Notes: generated by a model not told the origin, from the letters alone. A DNA stretch of 64,000 nt from Octopus vulgaris (GCA_951406725.2 OX597831.1:68076001-68140000); one strand, 5' to 3'. Numbered from the stretch's first letter, positions 39,638 through 51,188 are shown. Program-made: numbers and translations.

Positions 39638-41306
39638 TTACTTACCTTTATGTCGGTGTCCCTGTTGGTCGGGGGTGAAGTCCGCTTTAATAAGTGACTC
39701 GTGTACATCGAGCCGCGGACCCCTTATGTCCCCTGAATACTGCGCATTTAAAATATTAAAGTTTAGCAAATCCATTTTGTATATTTCTACATTTTTAAAA
39801 AATTTTCTGTGTGTTTGTATTTTTTCAGCGGTTGGGATGTTTCCCATCCCGCTGCTTAAACTGTCGTTGTCTTTGTTGATGGCTGCATAAACTACTTGGA
39901 ACTCCGTGATTTTCTTTTGGGGGCTTTGTGGGGGTGATGGGGAGAAGGGGGAGGAGGAGTTTGGGGAGTATGTAGGGGAGGAGCACGGGGAGGTCATTTG
40001 GAGGGGAGGGTAATGTATGGTACTGTGGGGTGGGGGGTGATTCGTGTTGGTCTGGGGGGGTCTTATCTTTTTTTTCCTTTTGTGGAGTACCGTGTTTGGG
40101 TGGGGTGGGTTTCCCCTCCTGGGTGTTACTCTTTTTTGTGCTATTGTTGGGTATATTTAGGTCCGTATTTTTCCTTTTTTTCATTTTTCTGGGTATCACG
40201 AAATCGTCATCCCCCTCTTGTTTTTTTCCTTTTTCTGTTTCAGTCGTTTTCTTCCTCCTCTCCTCTTCTTCAGCTTTTTTCCTTGCTTCTTCTTCTTTCT
40301 TGCGGGTGGAGCATTCTGCTCGGATGTGGCCCTTTTCTTCACACCCGTAGCATCTGGGCTTACGCCCTTCGACCACCACCCGCAAGTTTATTTCGTCGTC
40401 GAAATTAATGCACTCAGGCACCTCCTCTAACGTTTCCGGCGCCGCTTGCACTATTATCTGTAAAGCTTGTCCCTTCCAATTCTCCTTCTGGGTTCTGACG
40501 ATGTTTATGATATTAATTTTTTCTTTCAGTCCCATAAATAGGGCTGGAATGAGGCTTTCTACCTCAATTTCTGGTAGTATGTCATCTATTTTAATTTTTA
40601 TTGTTCTTCTCCCCATATACGAGGGGAGAAGAATTATATCTGTAGTTTTTAAAGGGTTGATCGAGTGTTTCCTCGCCTGTTCCTCCTCTTTAAAGTAGAC
40701 CATTATCGTTGCATATTTCTTACCCCATGTTACGAAGTCAATATCCGTCCATATTGGTTTGAGACATTTTTCGGCCTGCTCTTTTGTTATTTTTTCTATT
40801 TTCTTTTCCTTAATGATAAACGATTTAAAAATTACTATTTTCTTCATGGTCCTGGTTTTTATTTCTTGTGGGAGGGTGGCTTTTATGTTCTTCCCCTCCC
40901 TTTTGTACCTGTCCTTGTATTTGTCGTAATCAATGTCTTCCGGTTTAATTTCTTCAGTTTTTCTGCCGGCTGCGGCAGCAAAGTTGTACGTTTTTTTCTC
41001 GGTTTCAACCGCTGGTGAACTTGGTTTGGATACACTTTTCGACAAAGTGTTTTCCTTTGTAGGCGAACCTACAATATTTTTCTCGTTTTCTACTGCTGGT
41101 GAACTTGGTTTGGAATCAATAGTGTTTTTCTTTGTAGGAGAACCTACGATATTTTCTTTAGAAGGTGAACCTTCATTGGCAACATCTTCGAATGTTTTAT
41201 CTATTTTCAACAAATGAATGTATTTTTTTTTTGTTTGTTTAATTGCGCTACAACGCACAATATATTTCACACAATATTTCCCCTCCTTAAAGGAGGGGAA
41301 TAACAA
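39638..41306 (-). pseudogene. LINE ORF1 (gag-like, CCHC knuckle), probably frameshifted near 40000
   Basis: CYGCEEKGHIRAEC; N-terminal NIVGSPTK/SKPSSPAVE repeats; the C-terminus conserved between copies (GDIRGPRL) lies in ORF 39638-39997; start codon uncertain. Confidence 0.8.
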
Positions 41307-41438
41307 AGCTTTCCTGGTTCAAAAACCAGTTAAAGTTCAATATAACAATTTAACAAACAATTTTTAAACAAACAATTTCAACACAATTTTAACAATATTT
41401 TGGCTCACGTGAAAAAACACAACCGACTCCTTCAAAAA

Positions 41439-41480
41439 TTCTTTGCCGAATTTCAAATTCTTTATTACCCACTAGGGGCG
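41439..41480 (-). repeat. 42-bp LINE junction repeat, copy 3
   Basis: Identical to 35989-36030. Confidence 0.95.
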
Positions 41481-41849
41481 TGTGGTGAACACAGTTCACG
41501 TCAAACAGCTGACTGAGTACAGTTCACTATTCAATGCATGGGATAAGGCCTAAACAAGCACATTATCGATTTTTGCACTTGCGAGATGAATTTCGAAACA
41601 GAAATAGCGCAGTTCAATTTTCATTCGCCTAAACTTTAAGTGACACATTTTTGGTGGTTCTACGATTTGTTGGCTAGGAGGAGATGTGCCGGGAAGTTAA
41701 ACACACAGACACACACACAGATACACACACAGACACACACACACATACACAAGTTGAGTTTTATATATATAAATTTAATATATGACAATTATTCTGTAAA
41801 TTTAATATGTGACAATTATTCTGAAATTTAATATGTTACAATTATTCAG

Positions 41850-41903
41850 TAGCCATGATAAAACTCCGAGTTTGGGATGTCGGGGTGGAAACCCACGCCG
41901 CTA
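41850..41903 (+). ncRNA. Degenerate hammerhead-like motif after three ~26-bp tandem repeats
   Basis: TAGC-CATGATAA-a-ACTCCGA...TCGGGGT-g-GAAA-CCCAC-GCC-GCTA; stems I and II pair, core mutated. Confidence 0.4.
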
Positions 41904-42200
41904 TCTCTTCACTTATAAGGCCATCAAAAAATGCTATGAAAATGACCGCTAATTAAGGGGAGGGAGTAAAGAAAGGTAAGGAGTAAAAATGTTCATAGTA
42001 ATCACGTAAGTGCGCATGTCCATACATACACATGCGCGCCCGAACACCCACGTACATGCGCCCATATGTATATACTCATCCACCTTCACTTGTAAAACAC
42101 ATATGCTCACTCACACATTCGCCAAAAACTATATACATACCCGCATACACGCTCGCACACACGCGCACAAAAATGGTTCATACATACGCCTGTATACGCA

Positions 42201-42765
42201 CATGCACAAGAAAAAACAGGGCTAAAGGCAAAATACAAAAAATGATGTGTAATATAGTGTAAAAAATAAGCAATAAGAGTAAAAACACGTCTATATACGC
42301 ACATACCCGCACACATCCACACGCGCGCACAAAAGATTCCATATACACGTCTATATACGCACAGGAAAAATGCAGGGTGGAAGGTAAAATACAGAAAAAT
42401 ATGTGTAAAAAATATTTGAGCAATAAAACTATAAAATAATATCTGTAAATATGTAAAAATATATATAAAAAATAGTTTTTTAAAAAATATATTTTTATAG
42501 TTTTATTGCTCATATATTTTTTTACACATAATTTTTCTGTATTCTACCTTCCACCCTGCATTTTTCCTGTGCGTATATAGACGTAAACGTCTATATACGC
42601 ACAGGAAAAATGCAGGGTGGAATTTTTTGTGCGCGCGTGTGGATGTGTGCGTGTGTGTTGGTATGTGCGTATATAGACGTGTTTTACTCTTATTGCTTAT
42701 TTTTTACACCTTTTTTACACATTTTTCTGTATTTTGCCTTTAGCCCTGTTTTTTTCTTGTGCATG
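42201..42765. repeat. Large imperfect palindrome with a nested perfect hairpin
   Basis: 42201-42440 is the reverse complement of 42490-42765; nested 36-bp arms 42549-42584 and 42587-42622. Confidence 0.9.
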
Positions 42766-42856
42766 TTTTTCATCCTGCAGTGTCCAACAAAAACCACCCT
42801 CCTTACCAAGGAATCTTACCAGTTTTTTGACTGAAGGCCCAACCATGAGAAAGGTT

Positions 42857-42890
<34 letters not shown>

Positions 42891-43606
42891 GCGCGCACGA
42901 TCGCCTCAAATGCGGGAGACTCAGGTACGCTATTTCTAAGTATGAGGCCTGCGTTCGCACTCATCACGTCATATAATTCAAATATAGAATCTAAATGCAT
43001 TAACGCAAATATAGAATCTAACGCTGTCAAATGCGAAATTGCTTGCTTTTTTTCCCGCAATGTTCCCTTTCAATTTCTGGCTTTATCCTCATATTTACTG
43101 ATACACCCATGGTAACCTTTCATCTCTCTCTCTCTCTCACACACAGAACATTTTAACTGCATTTTCAAATTTCATTTCACTAGAGCACATCTATGTGACA
43201 TCTATTCTATTGTACATGGCGTACATTCAGATATCGTCTTTATTTTGAATCCAAACTTTCTCTGCGTTGTTCTTTTATCTATCCGCATTCCATTACACTA
43301 TTAGACATTTGTTTGAAGCTGTGAAACGAAGCGTCTTACTGCCAATTAGTAACAACATTTTCTTTCACTTTGAATTTACTAATGTTTTCTGCGTATTTAT
43401 TCATTTTATATTGGAGAGAAACATCGTGAAAAATCATTGTGTTCCATTGAATCTTCCTCACACAGTCTTATATTCATTGAAATCAGACATTTATTTGTAG
43501 TCGTTACATAATTATGTACTGAACATGCATTATTGTTTTTTTTCACTAGTCTTTTTTTAGTTTAGATGAGATAAGTTCATGATTTCATTATGTCCAACAT
43601 TCCTAA

Positions 43607-43725
43607 GGTGGCGAGCTGGCAGAATCGTTAGCATGCCGGTCAAAATGTTTAGTGTTATTTTGTCTGCTGCTACGTTCTGAGTTCAAATTCCACCGAGGTT
43701 GATTTTGCCTTTCATCCTTTCAGGG

Positions 43726-43729
<4 letters not shown>
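43607..43729 (+). mobile_element. tRNA-derived SINE family C, 5' part
   Basis: ggtggcgagctggcagaatcgttagc...gagttcaaattcc...gcctttcatcctttc. Confidence 0.75.
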
Positions 43730-43776
<47 letters not shown>

Positions 43777-43842
43777 TAAATAAAATGAGACGACAAATCC
43801 AAGGCTGTGTGGAGTTTTCAGAACATTTATAAAGAGAAATTA

Positions 43843-43890
43843 GTCTTACAGCTGTTTCTGGGATATTAGAGACATCTCTTCATCAGAAAC
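43843..43890 (-). ncRNA. Minimal type I hammerhead ribozyme motif at the 3' end of a Penelope-like remnant
   Basis: GTTT-CTGATGA-agagatgt..atatccca-GAAA-CAGCTG-TA-AGAC; intact core, palindromic helix III, GUA triplet. Confidence 0.7.
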
Positions 43891-44649
43891 GATGTGAAAT
43901 GGTTCAATAGAGGGAAATATTAGAGTTCAATATAGTAGTTATTTTGGAAAAGGAGGCAAATTAGAAGTATATAAGGAAATAGGAGAATAAATGTAAAAAT
44001 AAAAATGTATAAAGATATTATAGCTGCAGTTCCATTATCCAAGGAAAGTGGTGTGTAGAAGTGGTATAAATGCTTCCTGTCCGTTGTATGTAAATTCCAA
44101 TAGGAGTTCATATTTTGTCATCACAAATGGAAAGTGTGGAGACGTAGATTCCATGTGCTTGTCCTTCAAAGGGGTTTTATGGTGTGAATGAAAATTTGAG
44201 AATGTAGTGATAGTATAAAGTGGATAGAGAGGGGAGAAGAGATGTGTGTGTTAAAATGAAGAGGTCAAAGGAAAAGGTGAGAAAAGTAGGAAAGAAAGAG
44301 GGAGAGGAAATCAAAAGAAGAGAAAAAGAAAAAGTGTAAAGAAAGGAAAAAGAAAAGGAAAAAGGAGTGTTGGTTGGTGGTCAAGATATTAAAAGGGGTG
44401 ATGGGAGAGGAGTAGGGGAGGGGAAGAAAGGGATAAGAATGTAAGTAATGAATATTTGTGAGGTGTGGTGTTATGTTAGAATGGGTACAGAAAAGGGTAT
44501 AGTAGGGGGTATTTTCTAAAGTGAGTAGTAAACTACAAAACGGAAGGGAAGGATACTAAGAATGGTCAAGTTTCTATAGACTTATGTGTTTTTATTCTAA
44601 TGGCTAATATGAGAATGTGGGTAGAGAAATCGGAGAAAGAAAGAAAGAA

Positions 44650-44721
44650 GTGTATATTGATATACATGTGTGTACATGTATGCCTTATTATATAGGCCTG
44701 CATACCCGTATGAATGCTTGC

Positions 44722-44761
<40 letters not shown>

Positions 44762-45010
44762 ACAATATATATATATACACACATACATACATATACATAC
44801 ATATGCATGCACACACAAGCATACATACATACACATATATATACATACACACATACCCATGAATACATGCATATATGTATACACGTGTGTACATACACAC
44901 GTTTATATGCATGCATACACACACATACACGTGCGCACACACATGCACATATATACATATACATACGTGCATACATCCACATACGTACACATATGCATGC
45001 CCATATGTGT
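44650..45010. repeat. Degenerate (CA/TA)n low-complexity tract
   Basis: Seen directly. Confidence 0.9.
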
Positions 45011-45149
45011 AGTATTAAACAATTAAAATATGATTGGAGAGTTAAAAAATGAAGTCAAACAGGGTTGTTGGGTATTACATAATTGCTGTTTGGAATATGT
45101 GCTGTGTGGTTATTTAGGTTGCATTTAGATTTGTGGTAAAATTTGAAGG

Positions 45150-45560
45150 TATGGAAAAAGTGGTGGTGGCATGTACCTAGCGCCTCGTTATATTTATTTA
45201 ATTGTATTGAAAAGTTGTGTTTAAATATGTGAAATGCCTCTTTTAGGCATAACTTACAGGCTGAGCCTGGACCTTGGTATTGAAGACCTTAATCTATTAT
45301 GGACCATGACAGGATGTGGGGAATATTTCTATTTTTGAGATGATGTATGTAACTGGCGAGTATTGTGGATTTACTAGGTTTCTCGTTTCTAAAAGAGTTG
45401 AAATGCACAGCATATCGTTGTTTAAAATTTATAGTTGATACTATATATATGGTTGTAGAATTGTGTAATCGTTGAGTATGGTGCATTTATAAATTACATT
45501 AGACCTTCTGCAATGGCTTTGTAGAGGGCAGATGGTCCCAGGACGGCAGTTACATGGTAG
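45150..45560 (-). pseudogene. Penelope-like GIY-YIG endonuclease remnant
   Basis: CNCRPGTICPLQSHCRRSNVIYKC...PYI / NFKQRYAVHFNSFR..STILASYIHHLK..WSII / CKLCLKE..I..LNKYNE..TCHH, broken by frameshift and stop. Confidence 0.8.
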
Positions 45561-45996
45561 TGCATTGTGGGGATTATTTTCAGGAATGGAGGGGGTAATA
45601 CTGTCAGAGGAGAGGTTAAAGTCGAGGGTAGATTGGTCTATGTTATTAACATTATTATTACTATTATCATTACTATTTCTATCGCTGTTGTTATTTATCC
45701 TATCTGTAATAGTGGTGGAAGTTGTAGTAGTAGTATTCTGGTTAGTGTTAGTGGGATTGGTAGAGTTTCCGTTGTGGACTAAAGTATAGGGTTCGATATT
45801 GGAGCTATGTATATGTTGGGCCCTCGTGTATTCAGAGTTGTTACAGTGCAAGTTTTGATAATAGAGAGAAAGTTTTCGTTTATTATATATATATATATAT
45901 ATATCCTCCTTCTTCCCTTCTTTCCTGAGCGTCCAATAATACTTTATTTGTTCCACATCCTTGCGTTGTTGTCTTTTTGTTTTCTTGTTTGGATTA

Positions 45997-46037
<41 letters not shown>

Positions 46038-46123
46038 AAAGTTTATAAAAAAAAACAAAAGACGAAGACAGGTGGTGTACAAAACAAACAGATGTATTAG
46101 TATAACGCTCAGGAATAGAAAGT

Positions 46124-46159
46124 CTTTTACGTTTTGAGCCTACGCTCTTCTACAGAAAG
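46124..46159 (-). ncRNA. Degenerate minimal hammerhead-like motif
   Basis: CTTT-CTGTAGA-a-GAGCgtagGCTC-aAAA-CG-TA-AAAG in a repeat whose tail runs into (TA)n at 46000-46033. Confidence 0.5.
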
Positions 46160-46264
46160 GGACACAGAAAAAAACAAAGAGAGAAAAAATGTGTGTAGTG
46201 GCTATCTATTTATGTATATCTATCTATGTATATCTACCTATCTCTATTCAGTTGTGTTTACTTG

Positions 46265-46303
<39 letters not shown>

Positions 46304-47184
46304 GTGTTTATTTATTCTCGTTTCAAAGTCCATTGTTGTCATTCTTATTGTTATTGTCATTGTTTTGGGATTGTAGGTAATGATCTGTTTAACAGATGTA
46401 AAATTTTTAGTGGTAAAGTGGTGATGAAAATTTTTAAGAAAAGGACCAATGAGTTAAAAAGTTTGAGAAGCATTTCTCCAGCTAATCTCACTAAGAGATA
46501 TATGCTAAGCTGAATAAATAGAAGTTAGTGAATATCTCTGCCAGTTCCTGCAACAAGTATGTTTCATTCTTTATAAATACCCTGTAATTTATTTGACACT
46601 GGTAAGAAATACTGCAAAAATAACTTGAAGCAATTTTCTTCTTTTTTTTTACAATACAATGTAGCCGAATGACTTGAAATTCATCATTGACAGATAGACA
46701 CAAGCTCCTATGTTGTGTTCACCTTCAAGCGAGGAAACACTGACCAAACACAACATGCTATATTGTCTTCGTTGTGACAAACTATGTTCCTGCTGATTTT
46801 GCAAACTAGTGGAATATAGCTATGCAAGACTTACATTATACCAATGACAGCATTCACAATACCACCTCAATTCAAATAGGTCTGGTACACAGTTAATACA
46901 CATTTAATACAGTTGTACACAGTTAATACAGAAGTTTCTATTTGTGACCCAGCTCAGCACAACCTTGTCAGACTGTCTACCATTGATGTCTTAGCTTCAC
47001 AGAAGGAGAGGGAGGGGAGAAGAGAGAGAGGAAGAGAGCGAGAGAGAGAGAGAAAGAAAGAAAGAGAGAGAGAGAGAAACAGCAAACAAGAGTTCTTTTT
47101 TCCGATCACACCAAACATATGCATCTTAAAATTTTCTTTATAGAATATGGACTATGTCACAAAATACTTGGACCAACCGCATTC

Positions 47185-47400
47185 TTTTCTTTTCTACTCT
47201 AGGCACAAGGCCCGAAATTTTGGGGGAGGGGCCAGTCGATTAGATCGACCCCAGTACACAACTGGTACTTAACTTATCGACCCTGAAAGGATGAAAGGCA
47301 AAGTCAACCTCGACGGAATTTGAACTCAGAATGTAAAGACAGACAAAATCCTGCTAAGCATTTCGCTCGGTGTGCTGACGTTTCTGCCAGCTCACTGCCT
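47185..47400 (-). mobile_element. SINE family C
   Basis: aaggatgaaaggcaaagtc...ggaatttgaactcaga...tctgccagctc. Confidence 0.8.
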
Positions 47401-48017
47401 TTTTGACCAGCAACATTATCATGCCTGACATATAAACACACACACAGTTAACAAATTTACCTGCAAACTAGCACTGCAACAAATTTTAATATATATGCAT
47501 ACACTTGCTATTCAATCTTTGCTGACTATTGCTAATATAAGAACCTTTCTCAATTTTTGAATAATTCATGAACTGAAGAATTTGACAGTCATCCTCAGTT
47601 CATTTAATTTTATTTGGTTTCATGGTTTTGCTATACTACTTTACTGTTGAACTGTACACACGAAGACATTCTATCATTACTTGTCTTTTTTTTCTCTATA
47701 ATACATCATACTTCTACCTTGATTGATCTGTTGAGCTAAGAATGGACACAAACTTGCAAGTTGAAGACAGTATGTTCTTTTCCTTTACATCTTCATATCT
47801 TCTTTAACAGATCAACTCTGTGCAATAAGTTAAACATGGTAGTACATTGCTTTTACACTCCAGTCATCTAATGGCCTTTAGTTTTGCTCATTTGTCTGAT
47901 GACAAACATATTTGAAGGGGATTCTTGTAGATCATTTCTCTTTATATTGAACCACTAACACCTCTGTTTAGATAAAGGCATTGTATTTAGATAACAATAT
48001 TATATTTGATACTATAT

Positions 48018-48235
48018 ATTTCTTCACTACCCACAAGAGGCTAAACATAGAGTGGACAAACAAGGACAGACAAAGGGATTAAGTCGATTACATCGACCCC
48101 AGTATGCAACTGGTACTTTATTTATCGACCCCGAAAGGATGAAAGGCAAAGTCGACCTTGGCGTAATTTGAACTCAGACGAAATGCCACAAAGTGTTTCG
48201 CCCGGTGCGCTAACGATTCTGCCAGCTCGCTGCCT
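48018..48235 (-). mobile_element. SINE family C (different tail variant)
   Basis: Same head and body as 47185, tail cccacaagaggctaaac...ggattaagtcgatta. Confidence 0.8.
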
Positions 48236-48823
48236 TATATTTGAGACTATAATAACTCCAAGTACTAAACTGCTGATGCACATGGGTAGATATGCTCTTT
48301 CAACATTTATTTCAGCCAACAATATCTCATGGCATCTGTGATGAATAAAATGCAGGCAAAATTTTGTTGAAACTGTCATTTTACCCTGATTCAAACCTTT
48401 CATTAGAAATCAGCATAGGTTCTACCTTTCAGCTTTTCTCTCACAATTCTTATTACACTCACCTTTGTCTCATAATACCTTATGAGAGACAGCAACATAT
48501 ATATTTAGCAGACATACAATTAGCATCTCTCTCTCTCTCTTGTACATTTATACAAAACTAAACAACAGAAGTAACACTTGTACATATATCTTTATCTTCA
48601 AGTCATTTAGAAGGAAATTTTCCATAAGTGAATTTTATAGCTTTCTGATAGAGTGAGAAAAGGAAAATAAATATTTATATTAATTTGCAAATGCATTGTT
48701 ATACTAAATTATTCTCTCTTCAACAACTTTGCAGCATTTTTCCCTATACTCATGCCTGTGCAATCATTTAACATTTTTATCATACCAGCATAGGAAGAGT
48801 GGATTGTCAGTTCTTATTCAAGG

Positions 48824-49253
48824 AGATCTTCTCGGTTTGAACGGCAGTTTTTTCTAGTGGTCTCATATGAAATTGTCACCCATAATTATGACCCTAGTAT
48901 CGATCTATTGCATTTCAATCTGTTTTAGGGTTAGGGTTAGGGTTAGTTAGGGGTGGGGGGAAGGGTATCTTTTTTTCTTCACAAATGTAAATAAACCCAA
49001 TCTATTTCTTAAACGAGGGACATATTCATACGGCATAGAATGCTTTTTTTTACCTCAATGGACGTCATTGATTGGTTGAAATTGCAGAAATTGAAGAAAT
49101 TAAAGACCAAATATCTTACAAACTATAGAATTTTCTCAATAAAACCAAGAGGAAAAGATGTTTTATAAACACATTCTATCAGTATACGAAGTTTAAAATT
49201 GTTTAGTTACGTGGAAATTATGTTAAAAACTGCCATTCAAACCGAAAAGATCC
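48824..49253. mobile_element. MITE with 8-bp TSD and internal (TTAGGG)n, second copy
   Basis: Colinear with 8363-8775; TSD attcaagg (48816-48823, 49254-49261). Confidence 0.9.
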
Positions 49254-49899
49254 ATTCAAGGCATTGTGTCTTGCTTGCTCATTTTATTTTGGCCTGATTT
49301 TGAGTGCTGGTTGCTCTTGCTAACATCAGTCATTTTACAGAGAACCATGAATACATTTTATAATGGTCCCGATACTAGAGATCTTGCAAGACAAACAAGT
49401 TGTCTCTTCACTGTTTCTGTTTGTTTGAGGATATATGTGAACCAGAGAGTCGTCAGAAGGGAGAATGTAAATGTGATGGAGAGAAACCAGCTGACAGAAG
49501 CAAAATGGTGGTTGGGGAGAGAGTAATGGAAAAAGGAAAGTGATAAGTAATTATATGTTTGCGTAGATGTAGTTATGAAAGAAGGAGTAATTGCAGCGTG
49601 TGTGTGTGTGGAGACAATATATGACGATGGAAAGATTGTTAGGTAAGAAAGTAATGTGTGCAAGAGAGAGAGAGAGAGAGTTGAAGTAAAATAATGATGG
49701 TAAGAGGGAGTAAGTGTTGGATGTCAATAAAGATATGCAGTAGTAAATGAAGGTTAATGGGACAGCTGCCCAAGGTGTCACACGGTGGGATTTGAAACCA
49801 TGTGCATGTGGTTGGGAAGCAAACTTCTTACCACACAGCCATACTTGCAACTACCATATATATATATATATATTTATATATATTTGCATCTACCATACA

Positions 49900-50144
49900 T
49901 GTGGCACGTAAAAAGCACCATCTGACCATGGCCGTTTGCCAGCCCAGTCTGACCCCCATGCTGGTGGCACGTAAAAGCACCCACTACACTCATGGAGTGG
50001 TTGGCATTAGGAAGGGCATCCAGCCGTAGAAACATTGCCAGATCAGACTGGGCCTGGTGCAGCCTTCTGGCTTCCCAGACCCCAGTCGAACCGTCCAACC
50101 CATGCTAGCATGGAAAGCGGACGCTAAATGATGATGATGATGAT
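49900..50144 (+). mobile_element. SINE-like family B
   Basis: ggaagggcatccagccgtagaaac...gatgatgat tail. Confidence 0.8.
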
Positions 50145-50191
50145 ATATATATACTAGCACCTACCATATATATATATATATATATATATAT

Positions 50192-50229
<38 letters not shown>

Positions 50230-50574
50230 AACGGCCACGGTCGGATGGTGCTTTTTACGTGCCACCGGCACATATATATATATATAATCAATAAATGTGA
50301 ATGGAACTAGCAAAATAGGGAGACCCGGATAGACATGAGATTGAATGGTTAAGGCTGACCTCAGACCCTGAGCTTAATGGAAGAGAAGACAAAGGACCAG
50401 GATCTCTGGCAATATCAGGTTCTTGAAAAGACCCACACCTGCAAACAAAACTGATTTCTGGAAGAGCTCTGTATTGTGCTCCCTACTCACAATATAGTAG
50501 CTCTCCCACCCTGCATTAGCCTGCCCCTTTTTCTTTGTCTCTTGGCTCCTGCAGACTACTAACCATGTCATTCT

Positions 50575-50959
50575 TATTTCTTGACTGCCCACAAGGGGCT
50601 ACACACAGAGGGGACAAATAAGGACAGACAAACGGATTAAGTCAATTATATCGACCCCAACCCCAAAAGGATGAAAGGCAAAGTCGACCTTGGCAGAATT
50701 TGAACTCAGAATGTAGCAGCAGACAAAATACCTATTTCTTTACTACCCACAAGGGGCTAAACACAGAGGACAAACAAGGACAGACAAACGGATTAAGTCG
50801 ATTATATTGACCCCAGTGTGTAACTGATACTTATTTAATCAACACCAAAAGGATGAAAGCCAAAGTCGACCTTGGCAGAATTTGAACTCAGAACGTAGTG
50901 GTAGACGAAATACCGCTAAGCATTTCGCGCAGTGTGCTAATGTTTCTGCCAGCTCACCA
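50575..50959 (-). mobile_element. SINE family C with tandem partial duplication
   Basis: Two successive cccacaagggct...gaatttgaactcagaa units (about 50575-50732 and 50733-50959). Confidence 0.75.
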
Positions 50960-51018
50960 CAGACTACTACGTTGAACAAAATGAATAATAATAATAACAA
51001 TAATAATAATAATAATAA

Positions 51019-51188
51019 CTACACTCACGGAGTGGTTGGCGTTAGGAAGGGCATCCAGCCGTAGAAACACTGCCAGATCAGACTGGAGCCTGGTGCAGCC
51101 TTCTGGCTTCCCAGACCCCGGTTGAACCGTCCAACCCATGCTAGCATGGAAAACGGACGTTAAACGATGATGATGATGATGATGATGA
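51019..51188 (+). mobile_element. SINE-like family B, 3' part
   Basis: Matches other B copies; followed by a long (TATATG/TA)n tract to about 51465. Confidence 0.8.

Larger units (their letters stand above)
36031..41438 (-). mobile_element. L1/Tx1-type LINE copy 2, full length (about 5.4 kb)
   Basis: 5' UTR, ORF1 with CCHC, ORF2 APE-RT-zinc finger, about 210-bp 3' UTR. Confidence 0.92.
27596..41773 (-). mobile_element. Probable non-autonomous Helitron hosting the LINE/LTR nest (own sequence about 27596-28062 and 41481-41773)
   Basis: Minus-strand 3' end ...gggcaatactgCTAG|t with nearby hairpin cgtgcat-tct-atgcacg (27623-27639); other end has a CA-rich microsatellite and aagttgagttttatatatata, as in Lep1/HINE-like elements. 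That both halves are one element is inference. Confidence 0.45.
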
